Positions 1 to 13,429 of a stretch of 64,000 nucleotides of DNA are shown here, piece after piece. Location: assembly GCA_013239625.1 (NCBI GenBank), contig MU054323.1, forward strand, positions 8,235,220 to 8,299,219. The letters are read 5' to 3'. The notes under the pieces are model-generated. The model had not been told where the DNA came from, ran no database searches, and worked only from the letters and a program-made list of their open reading frames with translations. The first letter of the stretch is position 1. Every line of letters starts with the position of its first letter. The stretch is from Lama guanicoe (lineage: Eukaryota). The position numbers and the translations under genes were made by a program.

Positions 1-2989
1 GAGCCTGGGAGGCTGGGCTGGGGCGCTTGGCAGGCCAGGCCCATCCCTTTGTTCTCTCTCCTTTCTCAGTGGAACATTTACTCACTCTGGAGTCCGGGCA
101 CTAGGGGTGGGGCCTGGCTTGGGGACTGGGGAATCCGACAATTCCCAGGCCTGCCACAGGAGCCTGAGAGGCTGGGCACTGGGAAGGGCCCTCCTGAAAT
201 GAGTGCAGGCCTCTCTGGTACACGAGACCCACATGTGTGATCTGCCACCCAAGGGCAGGCTGGGCGAGCATCCCAGTCAGAGATAGGAAAAGCCGTTTCC
301 CCCTCAATCACCAACTGTCCAGACCACCAGCCCCTTCCCACCCGCTTCCTTCCCTTGCTGCATACGTGTATTCACACATAGACACTCACACAAATGTTGC
401 CCATCGGGGACCTTGATTTCACCTTCCCTAGTAGATGGAGAAGTATGGAGAAAAAACAGGTCTTGGGTGCAGATGTACTTTTGGAATTGTGTTGTTGTGG
501 GCAGAGCTTGTAACTTCTCACAGACTCAGTCACTTTGTCTGTAGAAGTAGGGGGTCCGCTGTGCTTTACGGACCTACTGTGAGACTCAAACAAGATAGAG
601 TGTGGACAGGACTCGTAACCATGAGGCACACGACTAACGGCAGTGGACATTTGGGGCTGGAAAGTAGAATTGCTCCATCTATCCAATCCGCTGCTTTTTT
701 TAAATGAACCAGGGACAGTATCTGAGGGTGAAGGAGGAATCCAGGGCAGTGGCCTAAATACAGCCCGAGGATTATCACTGGGTCCAGCTGTCCCTGCCTG
801 GGCTGTGGGTGATCAGGACACCCCCACCCACCCCTGGCCCGCTGCCTTCCCTCCATGCCCAGTTCCCTACCCTCTGGCTGAATACGGTGCACTCAGAGGA
901 CAGCCCTAGTGCGTGGGAGCCAAGACGTGAATGTTATGGGTGCGCAGGCCAGCTCCTCATCAGAGACCAAAGACAGAGTTTCCTGGGGATGTGGTGGGAG
1001 TTCAGAATATGCAGGGTGGAAACAGCCTGGCTGGAGCCGGAGGCCTGGGTTCCAACACTGGCTCAGGTTGATGGGCCCTGTGACCTTGGACAGTTCTGTC
1101 CCATCTGTGGGCTTTACTTTCATCTGTAAAGGCCTCTCTGCACTTGGGAGGTGCAGTGAGGTGGTGGCCATGAAAAGGCTCTGACAAGTTGATCCAAAAA
1201 AGCACTAGGAAGATCCCGAGAGTCAGGTACTGCCACCCCTTCCGCCCCAACCTCTTCTCAGATGGACGGACAGATTCAAATTCTTCCCAGGGGGTGCGTG
1301 CCATCGCCCTCAGGAGAAAAAGGAACCCAAAGGTCTTTCAGACCCCTTCCAGCCCGGGACTCTGCCAGACCAAGCAGGATGATCATTTATAATAAAAGAG
1401 TTTTCACTGGACAAATTGCTTGTCCCCTTTGACCCTCTGCTTCCCCAGCTGTCAATGCAGATAATAACTCAGCCAGCCAAGGGCTGCTGGGAGACTGGAG
1501 CACAGGTCACTGAGTGCCAAGCTCTGGCCCTGGCCCAGCCACTGGACAGTAGTAGGGTGGTCCTTCCAGGGCCTTTGGGGAGGGGTGCTGTGCCCACATG
1601 TGCCTGGCTGCCCAGGAGCTGCTCAGTATCCTAAGAAGCTGGGATGGGAGGCTGACGGAGCATGAACAAGGTGTCTTGGGCTGGGTCTTTCTAGGAGGGA
1701 CTGTGGCCACTGTGTAGCCTGGCTGAGCCTCTTTGGGCCCCAGCGTTTGGCACTGGGGTCGAGAATCTGAGCTCTGCAAAACTCCCAAGATTTGCAATTC
1801 TCCTGTTTGTTCTTAACCCTGAATTTCCTAAGAAAAGACCTTACAAGCTGCCCCCAAGTCCTCACTAGTGCACAACACATAGTAAATGAGTAAATGCATA
1901 ATAACTACTTATGGAGTGAGTGGATGAGGACCAGGTGTGAGAACCCCTATTCCGCAGACTGCAGAAAGAATGTCTCTTATCCATGAGACTTTCCTTCTGA
2001 TAATCAACAGGGCAAGGAGTGACACTTCCCAGGGGTCTATTGGGAGGGAGGGGGCCCCTATAGCAGGCTGGCTGGGCTGGAGAGCAGTGTGGGAACAGGA
2101 AGGGAGGGTGGACAGCACGGGAGCAAGGCTCTGAGGACACCAGCCAAGCAGAACGTTTGGGAGGTTGGACGTGGAGGGTGCAGGAGAAAAGTTTGGGAGC
2201 AGCTGCTGTCTGTCTGGAAGATTCCGAGACAGCAACAATGAGGAGAGGGTGGTTTTGAAACGTGTTACGGAACAGCAGGAACACAGCTGTCAGTCCTGGA
2301 TAGAGATGACAGGTTGAACACTTGCATCTATTTTCATTCCCTTCTGACACCCACTAACACTAAAGTAAAGGAGTCTTTAGAGGCACGACCCACGAAAACA
2401 GAGAGAACATAAGGGAACAGCAGCAGTTGCTCAGTGACACACTCGGGAAGCAGATGAAGGAGAAGTAATGACCCAGCAGATAGAAGAGGGCAGGACCCTG
2501 AGCCCACAGCAGGGAAAGTGATTATCAACCTGTTCTACATCTCAGAAGCTTCTAAAGGCTCTGGACCTGGAGATACCAGGTTGCATTGGGAACAAATGTG
2601 GCTAAAAGGAGGACTGATTGACAGTGTTGAGAAGCAGTGGGAATTCTCAGCCTCCCCTGCATCTGACACTGGGGGGTGACTGCCCCTCTCCAGCCCCTGC
2701 AGAAGATTGGAGAGTTGTTCTCTGGGGAGAGTGTAACAGAGGCTTTCTGCACTGGGGACGTCAGCCACTATTGAGAATTGGGGCTTAAATAAATACATGT
2801 GCGCAGAAGTCTGAGACTCCAGCAGCCCCCTTTCCTGACTCAGCTCCAGAATCCTGGCAGCCAGAACTTACTCCTATTCTCTTGAGTGTCTTCAAGAAAT
2901 GGCCCCTTCAGGGAAGTTCCCAGTTGATGAACTCCACCCAGGAATTAAAGCTCTGAAATAGCAACCACCTCCCACTCTTAATTATGAGC

Positions 2990-4500
2990 AGACGATTACC
3001 AACTATTCAAGGAAGGCTTCTGACATTAAAGATGGTGACCCAAACAAGCTAGAGGGAAAAAAAAACACCTTGAAGAACAGACTGGAGAAAACATTACATC
3101 CAGGAAAAAGGAGAGGATGCTATTTAAAAAGAGAGAGAGACAGAGAGAGAGAGAGACAGAGAGAGGCAAATAAACAGAATGAAAATGAGCTCTTGGAAAT
3201 GAAAAGCATGATGGCAGAAGTGAAAAACTAAATGAGAGTTGAAGATAAAGTTGAGGAAAGCCCCAGGAGGAAGAGCGCAGGGTTGAAGATGAAACATACA
3301 AGAGAAGAGAGTAAAGAACCAACCCGGGATGTACAACGTCAGAACGTTCAAGTCCTAGAAAGAGAGAACAGAGAAAACAGAAGGGAGAAATTACCAAAAA
3401 AATAATTCATGGAAGTGTCCTTGAACACAAGTACAGCTTCCAGACTAAATGGGTCCTCTGTGTGCCCAGGACATGGAGAAAAGGACCCACACCAACTCCC
3501 ATCACTGGAAATTTCAGAATACTGGGGTCAAAGAGAAGAGCCCACATGTTTCCAGAAAGAAAAAAAGAAAAAAACAGGTCACAAAAAAAGAGATCAGGAA
3601 ACAGAAAGGCTTTGGACTTCTCAGAAACAACAATGAATGCTAAAATGCAATAGATGGATGTTTTCCAAATTCAGAAGAAAATTGATTTCCAACCTATTGT
3701 TCAATTCCATCTAAACTCTTAATCAAGTGGAAGGAGAGAATAAAGACATTTTCAGATATGGAAAGTGTCAAAACATTTACTTCCATGTACCCTTTATCAG
3801 GAAGCTACCAGAGTGTGTGCCCCACCAAAACGAGTAAACAGAGAGAGAGGAAGACAGGAAATGGAAGATCCAAGGAAGAGGGTAAAAAGGATCTGGATGC
3901 TTGTGAAAGAAGACTCCAGAATGACAACATGTACCAGGCTCCAGAGGGCTACCCAGCCCTGATGTGAGTGGGTTGGAAGACTCCAAGAGAAATTTTGCCA
4001 AGAACATGGAATGCACAGAAAACATCTCATTTCCAAATGTCTTTAGAGGAGATTTAAATGATTGTCAGAGGTTTGGTGTCATACTGAATGACAAATACGT
4101 GGGAAACTGAGCAAAAACAATGATTACATCTAGGAAAGACAACAACAAAAACTGTGCAAAAAGGGAAACGTAACCATAGTCTATTTCACGGCTCAGGTCT
4201 GGGCCATACGCAGTCATACTAGTGAAAACACTGTGTATTGAATGAACTGAAATCATTATGTAACTATACTAGGGGAGTGATGCGTGGGACGGGTGTGGGG
4301 GAGGGGAAGAGCTAACCTCTTCTCGAGGGGGAAGTCAACGGCTGGGATATCCAGACGGGGCTCTTTAGATATAAGGAGGCAAACACCATGAATCTGCTCC
4401 CAGCTGAAAATGGCTGCCTCCCAAGAGGAGAAATGGGGAGGGTAATCTTCAGAGGGCAACTTGACTCTCGGCCTGGATAAATAATTTTTATTTAAAAACT
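2990..4500 (+). mobile_element. Ancient LINE-1 ORF1-type remnant (HAL1/L1M-like)
   Basis: A-rich strand with L1 ORF1-like motifs (gaagataaagttgaggaaa, aaattcagaagaaaattgatttccaaccta, ataaagacattttcagatatg). Heavily decayed. Confidence 0.65.
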
Positions 4501-5845
4501 AATAATAATAATTTTTAAAATTAAAAAAAATACACTCCCATCCCTGCCCCTCCCACTTTGGTGATTTCTCAAGAAGCTGAATACACGGGAGGACATATCA
4601 TTGCTGACCGCCTTGGGAGTGCGTTCATTGCAAGCTATGCTAAGCAGATGCACCCAGCCTATAAGCAGGCCTCCGAAAAGCTCAGAAAAACTGGGGATAG
4701 ATGGAAACCGAGATGGAGCTGAAACATCAGGAGCCACACCTGGTGCCTCCTGACACCTAGGGAGGGTTCCCAAGCCTCTCGGTGCTTTCATAGAGTTGAC
4801 CCTGGGATAAAATTCAGTAGGGGCCAGGCTGTGCACAGACCACCTGCCTGCAGGAACCCTGGAAAGGGAGACGGGAAGAGGTCGGAGGTATGCGGTGGCC
4901 CTGTTTGGTGGGCAAGCTTCCACCAGACCCCACCGTGAGACCGCACGATCTTTCCTCAGGTCCTGCTGCTGGCTGTCCTGGTCCTGGAAGCTAGAAGCCC
5001 GGGTCTCACCATGCCACTACTCATCCGTGTTTACAGAAAGCAAGGTCATTATTTACAAGAACAGAAACACTGAGCTAATTCACTCTGAAATACACCAAAC
5101 AGAGCAGCAGACAAAAAGAAAACAGAAACTTCTGGGTAATAAAGGGCAGTGCGTCCTGGCCCGGCAGGGGCTTCTTGTGGTCAGGCTTTCCCGCTAGCCT
5201 CTGTTGCCCAGGCCTTGCTCTCTGCTGATGGGCAGACCCTTCCCAATATATTAACTAATCTACTATTTCCACAAGTAATCCAATTTTCCACAAGTGCGCT
5301 TTCTTCCCAGATCACCCAGGACCCCGAGCCAAGTAATACCAGTACCCAGAGCTCCCTGGGGCCCCATTCTCAAAGCTTTTCCAGAGATGTGTTCTGGGCA
5401 GGCTGAGTCACACAGCTCTCAAACTTGGGGCCACAGAGGACACAGAGACACTCGGGCCCCCACCTCTCAGCAAGCCTCTCCTCGCTCCTTTTGGGAAGCA
5501 AGCTTTCTGCTTCGACCAAGATTGGAAAGACACAGAGGGAAACTCGAGTCCTGGATCTAAATCCCCAAAAGCCGATGTGAGGGCCAGGAATGATGAGGGA
5601 CAAAGTTCTTGACAACCGTTAACAGAGGGAGAAACACTAATAACAGAAAGGGATGTGTATGGAAAGAACTGTTATCACTTGTGGGATTAGATCCCTCTTA
5701 CGTTTTTGTTCTAAAATGAACGTCTTTAAAAAATGAAATGATTGTGGATGACGTATTTTTTAGTGTTCTTACTTGGCAAAATTGTAAAGTTGCGATCTCT
5801 AGCTAGTCCTTCCTCAAAATAATCATTTTGGGGGGGGTAGTGGAT

Positions 5846-6305
5846 TCTTTTATTGAAGTATATCTGATTTACAGCGTTGTATTAGTTTCAGATGTACGGC
5901 AAAGTGATTCAGTTATATGTATAAAAGTCTATTCTTTTTCAGTTTTTTTCCATTATATGTTATTATAAGATATTGGATATAGTTCCCTGTGCCATACAGT
6001 AGGCCCTGTTAGTTATCTATTTTATATATGTTAATCCCAAACTCCTAATTTATCCCTCCTCTTCTTCCCCTTTGGTAACTATAAGTTTGTTTCTTATGTC
6101 TGTGAGTCTATGTTTGTTTTGTAAATGAGTTCATTTGTACCATTTTTTTGGATTCCACATATAGGCAATATCATATGATATCTGTCTCTGACTTACTTTA
6201 CTTAATATGATCATCTCTAGGTCCATCTATGTTGCTGCAAATGGCATTATTTCATTCTTTTTTATGGCCGAGTAATATTTCATTTTATATGTAATTTTAT
6301 TTATT

Positions 6306-6338
<33 letters not shown>

Positions 6339-6405
6339 CTTGTTTATCCATTCAACTGTAGATGGGCATTTAGGTTGCTTCCATGTCCTGGCTATTGTAA
6401 ACAGT
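5846..6405 (-). mobile_element. L1 3' end (laurasiatherian/cetartiodactyl type) with internal (CA)n at about 6308-6337
   Basis: Typical antisense L1 3' UTR text (tttattgaagtata, gattccacatataggc, catttaggttgcttccatgtcctggctattgtaaa). Confidence 0.9.
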
Positions 6406-9178
6406 GTTGTGGGTGGGGGAAGCAGATCTTATTGGGCTATGAAAGCCCAGAGTCTGGGACATACTGTGGCAGATGACACAAAAGAGAGTAGGACCAGGCT
6501 CCAGGCCAGAACCAGAACCACAGATTGGGAGGGTGAGGAGGGGACCAATGAATGCAGTCCAGTCTCCTCTTGATACCAGAGTATGTGCTAGAACACACCA
6601 GGTAAATGCTTGGCCGGCCCCCACTTGGCGCCCTTTGGTGACAGGTATCTCATTCCCTCTGCACACAGTTCATCATCTAATCTGATGATGGCAGAGTGCT
6701 TCCTTGTACTGTAGCGCAACCTGCATCCTTGGACCCAGGCCTATTCCTGGGAGCACCTCGAGCCAGGCCTTTCACCTCCAAGAAGACAGCTCCACACTGC
6801 ACCCCTCCTGCCCAGTCTTCTTTGGCTGGGGTCTATTTGCTTCCCCTCAGATCCCCAATCATTCTTCTTGTGAGATGACTTGCCTGAGATCATTGGCTAG
6901 CAAGTGAGTTCAAAGCCAGCTCTTCTGCTCCTGGCCCAGTGCCCTGTCCCTAGTTCTCTAGATGTGGCAGTGGCTCAGTGTCCTCAGTTCATGAGATGGT
7001 TCTGGCTGTTCAGAACCAGTTGGAAAAATAACAAAGAAAGCAAAGTGGCGGGGGCGGGGGGGGGAAGCAACATACAAAATAAAAATGTGATCCCAATAAA
7101 CACTTACATATCCACATTAAAAAAAGTTATGGAAGGAAATAAGGCAAAATTGTCATGGCAGTTACCCCTCGAGGTAGGCTGCCTGATGATTTTTACTTTT
7201 TCTGTATTTTCCACTTTTTCTGCAATGGTGTGGTTTTTATTTGTAGGATAGACTAAAATAATGACCATTTAGAAGGATGAAATAAGAAATGTAAAATTAA
7301 GGTAATCTCATCCTAAGACCCCATCTCAGTTCCCAGCCACTGTCCAGTGTATGAGGTTCTAGGGGGTCTGGTACTCCAGAGAAGACCCCAGATTGCCGTC
7401 CTGCCCTGGACCCGCAGACCCTCACACAGCTCTAACATCGCTGCATTTTATAGTAGCCTGACATTCCTGCTGTACTGGTCCCCGGCCCTTGGCTGTCCAC
7501 ATGGCAGATGCCAGACCACCCCGGGCTGTTGCCCATGTGCTCCCACCCATCTGCCCCTCCTCCATTCTGCTCCAGCCTTGCTGCCCTTCCCCCACCCCCA
7601 GCAGGTTCCCCACTCCCCACTCCCAGGTGGAAGAGAGGAGAGGATGGGGAACAAAATGAACAGTGCAGAGGACCATGGCTCATCCCGGCAAGATCTGTTA
7701 CACAGCACAGGGTGTACATATTGTTTTACAGATAGGAGATTAGTCCTTAGAGAGGAGATGTGTCATACATGGAGTGTGATGGAGCTGGGCCCAGATCCAG
7801 CCCTCTAATCTGGTCCAGTGCTTGCTCCGCTGATCTGAGCCCCTGGGTGTGACTAGGGTATGCTGGGTCCATGCGGAGTGCTGGGGCCACGGGTCACGGA
7901 CACCCTCGGTGCCAGCTCTCCCAAGCAAGTCTTTGCCAGCTGCTCCCCAGGGCGCCTGGTAGTCCCAGACACATGTCAGCGCTGAGCCAAGCCCTGATTA
8001 GAAGTGGAGGCCAAGCCTGGGGGTCAGAGTCCTGCCTGCCTTCCAGGATCTACCATGTCACGTGGCCCTGGGCGAGTTTCTTCCCTCTTGGGGACTCAGT
8101 TTTCCGATGGATAAAACCAGGGTGGGGACTGTTTGATAGTGATTAGGCTTGTGGTCTCCAAGTTTCTTTCCTGGCTGAACATTCAGATATTCTGCGACTG
8201 ACCAGTGACACTGTCCCCCACCTGGGGACGGGAGGGCAGAAGCTTCCCATCCCGCCTTGCCTCCGGGCTGCCCCTCACCCAGGCTTTCCTGAGTGGTCTG
8301 AGAGAAGTCCCCCACCTCGTGTACAAGTGTTTGTGGGTGTGGAGATGTGCATGTGTAGGTGTGGAGGTGCGGGGGTGTGGATGTGAGTAGGGGGTACCCT
8401 AAGGACAGGCTCCCCATTTTGTATCTGGGACAGGCACATTCTCTAATTATATCACCTTTCTGAGGATTCTGCTCCCAGCTCCCTGAACCCCACGACCGCT
8501 CCACACCTCTTCTGGTTCCTTGACCTCTCAGTTCCAGCCTCTACCTCAAGCCCCGGCTCTGACTCTGCCCTAGAGCAGGTCTGTCACTTTGGAGGGGCTG
8601 CCCCTGCCCCTGCCCCGTGTGGTCTCTCCCTCAGGACCTGTCCCCCTGCCTGGGCCCTGGGCCCTTTTTAAAGAGGCACCCACAACTCTCAGAGCCCATC
8701 TTGTTCCAGACAGAAATGAAGATGGACTTTCACTGCACAGCAACACATTCAAACCATTATTCTGCCGAGACCCGAATGAAAAATCGGGAAGCACGCCACC
8801 GCCATGATTTGTTAACCTGACATTGCCTCTCTCTGCTCTTTGCACAAAGTTTAATTAAAATCTCAGGAGTGATTGGAGAGCCCTTTTATTGTGCACCTCT
8901 GGGCTCTTCCAGGAACCCTGGGGGAAGGGCAGGGCCTTTTTACAACAGGGACACAGGCTCAAGGATGGTCCCTAAAAGATTGCGAGTGGGGGCCACTGAC
9001 AGCTGTCACAAGCACAGCCTGTTGGAGTGCAGGGAATCTCAGGGAGCACATGGGATCCCAGCTACTCCACCAATCCACCCATTTCACAGGTGAGGACACT
9101 GAGACCAGCACTCTGAGCACCTCAGCAGATCTCAGTGACACCGCCCCCACCCACCTCCACCCTACCCCCTGGACTCAC

Positions 9179-9275
9179 CCGCAGGGCCGGAAGGGAGCTG
9201 ACCTGGTCCATGGTCAGCGTGGCCTCTTTGTAGTGCTTCCCAGGGGGACAGAGTTTCAGGAAGGAGTCGTGGATG
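9179..9275 (-). CDS. CIB4: CIB4 coding exon 3, (C)[32 protein letters not shown]
   Basis: Polypyrimidine tract CTCTCTTCTTAG acceptor, 97 nt exon, donor GTGAGT. Completes the split Cys codon TG|C. Contained in track ORF 9122..9322(-). Later exons not found in the window. Confidence 0.97.
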
Positions 9276-10429
9276 CTAAGAAGAGAGGCAGAGTGGGCTG
9301 GGAGCGGGGACCAGCAGGCCACCTCTCCCGCGGGCTCTCTTTGGAGGAAGGAGACTCAGGACTCATTATTGACTGATACAGAGAAGGCAGTTATAAATCA
9401 TTCCACACTTCCAGAAACATCCTTGGGGCTCCAGTGTGCCCAGCACACTGTGGGAGATGCAGAGACAAGCCAGGCATGAAGGAAGGTACGTGAATGTACC
9501 CTGTAACCACAACACACTCTACAAGTGACCCAGAAAGGACTTCTGTCCTCACTTGCTCCAGTTCCTTATTTACGGATGGAGAAAACAGCAGAGCCTTGGG
9601 GAAGCAGGCATGCCACCTCAAGCCATCTGCCCAGCCCCACCCTCAGCCCAGAAAAAAAAGGTTGCTTGGTGGGTGTGGCTGAGTCAGGATTAGAACCCAG
9701 TCACCTGGGGCCAACAAACCACAGCCACCCTAAACCGGCAAGCTGGTTCCAGACTATGGGACTGAGCAACCATCCTCATCGATCCTATAATCAATGTCTC
9801 TGTCTGCAGGTCTCCTCACTGGTCAAGGGATTTTGCTTACGAGTGACAGCCAGGTCAAGAGTGAAATGTCTCTGTGAGCACCGAGAGGAAGAGGGTGGCA
9901 GCGAACTCTGCCCTATACCCAGAGGAGACTGCCCTCATCCTGTGTCCCTTCTGGCCTCCATGATGGAGAACGGACTCCATCAGCTTTGGAAGGGGCCCTG
10001 AACTGGCACCAGAGATTTTACACTAAGTTGGGGAGGGAGCCGAAAAGTGGAGTGTGGAAGGGATGAGGGGAGACAGTCTCCAGGAAAGTACAGGCAGGGC
10101 GAGGGACACTGAAGGGCAGCAAGGAGGAGAGGAAAGCCACCCCCCACTACCCCGCGAAGGTCCAGTGGCTTACAAGGGGAGGGGGCGGTGGGAGTGGTCT
10201 GCCCTATTCCGAAGGAGTTATTTTATCACTGTTATTGTTAGAACTGCTAGTGTAGGGTGATAAAAAGCAGACTGATTTTCGGTAGAAATTTCATTAATTT
10301 TTAAGAATTCTCTGAAGCCATGCACCTGTATAGCCGGTGCCCAGGGCAGGCTGCTTCTGCTGTCCCCACCGTGGTTCCCCACCGGGAGTGCCTGCTGCAC
10401 TCGCCAACTCTCGTGGATTTTTTCATGGA

Positions 10430-10820
10430 ATCTGTGTAACAATCTTGCAAGGAAGGGACCATTATCTCTATTTTACAGGTGAGGAAATTGAGGCTCAAGG
10501 AGGTAAAATAACTTGCCTTGCCTAAGGTCACACAGGGGTAAGTGTCAAAGCCAAAGTTATTGACACCAAAGCTCTTTCCCCAGGAGCCCAAAGAGGGAGG
10601 TCTCAGGACAGGAGGAGGGTAGAGAAGGGACCCCTACTTGCTGGTGCCACCCTCTTCCTGTCTCCGAAGCTCTTGTGCTCATTGAATCCTCCCAACAACC
10701 CTGTGGGAAAGGTGTGGGGTGATCATTTCTACAGACGGGTAAACCGAGGCTCAGAGAGTTGAAGGGGTCTGCTCAAGATCATAGCGCTTGGAAGAGGCAG
10801 AGTAGGGTCTGAACCCTAAA
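10430..10820 (-). mobile_element. Two MIR SINE fragments
   Basis: Antisense cores attttacaggtgaggaaattgaggctc and ttctacagacgggtaaaccgaggctcagagag. Confidence 0.75.
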
Positions 10821-11313
10821 CCAGGCTCTGCAGGCTATGTTGCTCACCTCTCAAGGGCCCACCCCTCATCCAGGTGAAAACCTCTCGGCCCCACCCCCCA
10901 CCCTCCCCCAGAGAGCCTTCTGGGGAGGGGGTGCTGTGGGAAGGGCCCTGCCCCGACTTCATGCCCTCCCAGGCCGCAGATGAATCGTGGCTGCATCTCA
11001 GCTGCCACAGAGTATTCTCCTCCTCCAAATATGGATCAGCCGGCTCTAAATGGAACTCTGAATTAATCACTAATGGACTCGAAAGTCAAAGCCATTGGAA
11101 AAACTCACATATCCTGCCTGCCAGAAAGCAAGCAGCCCAGGCTTTGTCTCCCTTCCACACCTAGCCCAGACAAGGGGAGGGGCTGTCTGCGGGCTTGGAG
11201 GCTGAGACAGGGGAGGGCACCAGCTCTACGGCTCCCACTCTGCCGGAACTTGGACCTGCTTCGTCCCCTCCGGGCCTCAGGTTGCCCTTGATGTCTCAGC
11301 CATCCCTCTCTGT

Positions 11314-12443
11314 CCTCCAGGTCAGGCATTCTGTCCCTCTCTCTCTGGCGTCTGTGTTTGTATTGTACAGGCAGGACTGAGAACACAGCTCCAGGGCAAG
11401 CCTCCATTTCCTCTCCCCCATCCTAGCCCTGGCCCCCCAACCCTGGCTTCACCCCCATCCCTTGGGGTCAATAGTCCTTTGCCTTGTGGAATGGCCTGCA
11501 GGTGCTTTATAAATGGCCCTATCTCTAGCCTGAAAATGTGGCTTTTAGTCTTATGATCTACTCCTTCCAAGTTGTATGACCTTGGGCAGATCACTTGATT
11601 TCTCTGAGCCAGTTTCCTCATTTGCAAAAAGGAGATGATAATACCATGAAAGTCACAGCTGCCAGTCTCAGCACGGACCCCTGTGACAGGCTCTGCTCTA
11701 ACTCCTGACGTGGGTTTGATCATCTAATTGTCCTAATAACAACCATGTGAGGTTGATACATATGATACTTCTTGTAACTGTGGAACTGAGGCTCAACAAG
11801 GGTAAGAAACTCATCCAAGGTCACAGAGCTGGCAAAGCTGAGCCTCGAACTCTGGCCTTTGGGTTCCAACCTCCAGGTCAGGCATTCTGTCCCCTGGGTC
11901 AGGCATTCTGTCCCTCTCTCTGGCGTCTGTGTTTGTATTGTACAGGCAGGACTGAGAACACAGCTCCAGGGCAAGCCTCCATTTCCTCTCCCCCAACCTA
12001 GCCCTGGCCCCCCAACCCTGGCTTCACCCCCATCCCTTGGGGTCAATAGTCCTTTGCCTTGTGGAATGGCCTGCAGGTGCTTTATAAATGGCCCTATCTC
12101 TAGCCTGAAAATGTGGCTTTTAGTCTTATGATCTACTCCTTCCAAGTTGTATGACCTTGGGCAGATCACTTGATTTCTCTGAGCCAGTTTCCTCATTTGC
12201 AAAAAGGAGATGATAATACCATGAAAGTCACAGCTGCCAGTCTCAGCACGGACCCCTGTGACAGGCTCTGCTCTAACTCCTGACGTGGGTTTGATCATCT
12301 AATTGTCCTAATAACAACCATGTGAGGTTGATACATATGATACTTCTTGTAACTGTGGAACTGAGGCTCAACAAGGGTAAGAAACTCATCCAAGGTCACA
12401 GAGCTGGCAAAGCTGAGCCTCGAACTCTGGCCTTTGGGTTCCA
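11314..12443. repeat. Near-perfect tandem duplication, period 575 bp (copy 1 11314-11868, copy 2 11870-12443), in CIB4 intron 2
   Basis: The copies are visibly identical apart from a 2-bp CT indel and a T/A substitution. There is an extra GGTCAGGCATTCTGTCCC copy at the junction. Each unit contains MIR fragments. Confidence 0.97.
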
Positions 12444-13429
12444 GGAAGCAAGCCTGTAACCTTCTGTTGCTTCCGGGGGACCAGGAGCTGATGGCCAGGA
12501 CAGAGCCTGGAGATTGGAAAGTTTGGGGACCTCTAGGGTGTTAAGAGGAACGAGGGGCCTCAGGGCCAGGTCAGCCTGAGCAGGGGCTAGGGGCAAAGCT
12601 TCAGGCTCCCACATGAGACCCATACGCAGCCCAGCGTCTTGTCAGGAGTCATCCCTGGGTGATACAGCATACTCCAAATTGCTCACACAGAGTCGGCCTG
12701 ACCCAGGCTCAGCCGCGGAGGTCTAAAGGAAGCCATATGCGCCCGTTCTGAATCAGTCCCAGACTCAGGGTCTACAGTCACTGCTGAAGTCAAGGGCCCG
12801 GGAGGGCCTGTGCACTGAGCCCAAAGAGATATCTGGAAGCCAGGGGCTTCGAGGGCAGCAATTCAACCAGAAGCTAGAGAGGGCTGACCTGGAAGCTGAT
12901 GGTGAAAAGGACCCCGCTCTTCCAAGACCAACAGGATGTTAGGATGTGAAAGAAAATTCCCACAGTCTGGAATTTAGGGTAGACAGACTCCTTCTTGGAG
13001 AGCCAAGCCAAAGCAGCTCTGGACCAGGAAGAAGCTGTCACATGTGGTCTGCCCCTCCCCATGTGCCATCTGCAGATCTGGTGACCAGGCCTTTATGTCC
13101 TACGCAAGTCACAGATAAGAAGGTGGGAAAGTATTAGACAAGGGCAGAGCCACCCTCTTCCAAAGATTACCGCTGTTATCAGTCTCTTGGATACTTTTTT
13201 TTCCAACTGGCTCAATCTATCCAACTGTACTGTCATCCAAGCCACATTTCATTGTCATATTTGTAGGAAAATTACACATTGTCAGTGGTGATGTCAGAAA
13301 ATTGTCCAAAAGGCAGCATTAAAAAAAAAAATTTTGCTATTTCTCTTGGTTTTTCCTTAACATTGGCATTATATTTCTACATATGGTGCTGATACTGTCA
13401 TTTATTGATATTTTTCATTCTAGACATTA

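Noticed and set aside
1..9178. Search for CIB4 exon 4 (VNPFRDRICRVFS-like)
   Set aside because: Not found by eye or in the ORF track; intron 3 probably extends beyond the window start.
11666..11685. TCAGCAC-GGAC resembling a REST/NRSE site
   Set aside because: Half-site spacing is wrong and the right half is incomplete.
11322..12298. Two nearly identical ORFs that look like a duplicated gene
   Set aside because: By-product of the tandem duplication; the peptide includes MIR-derived text (LQMRKLAQR).
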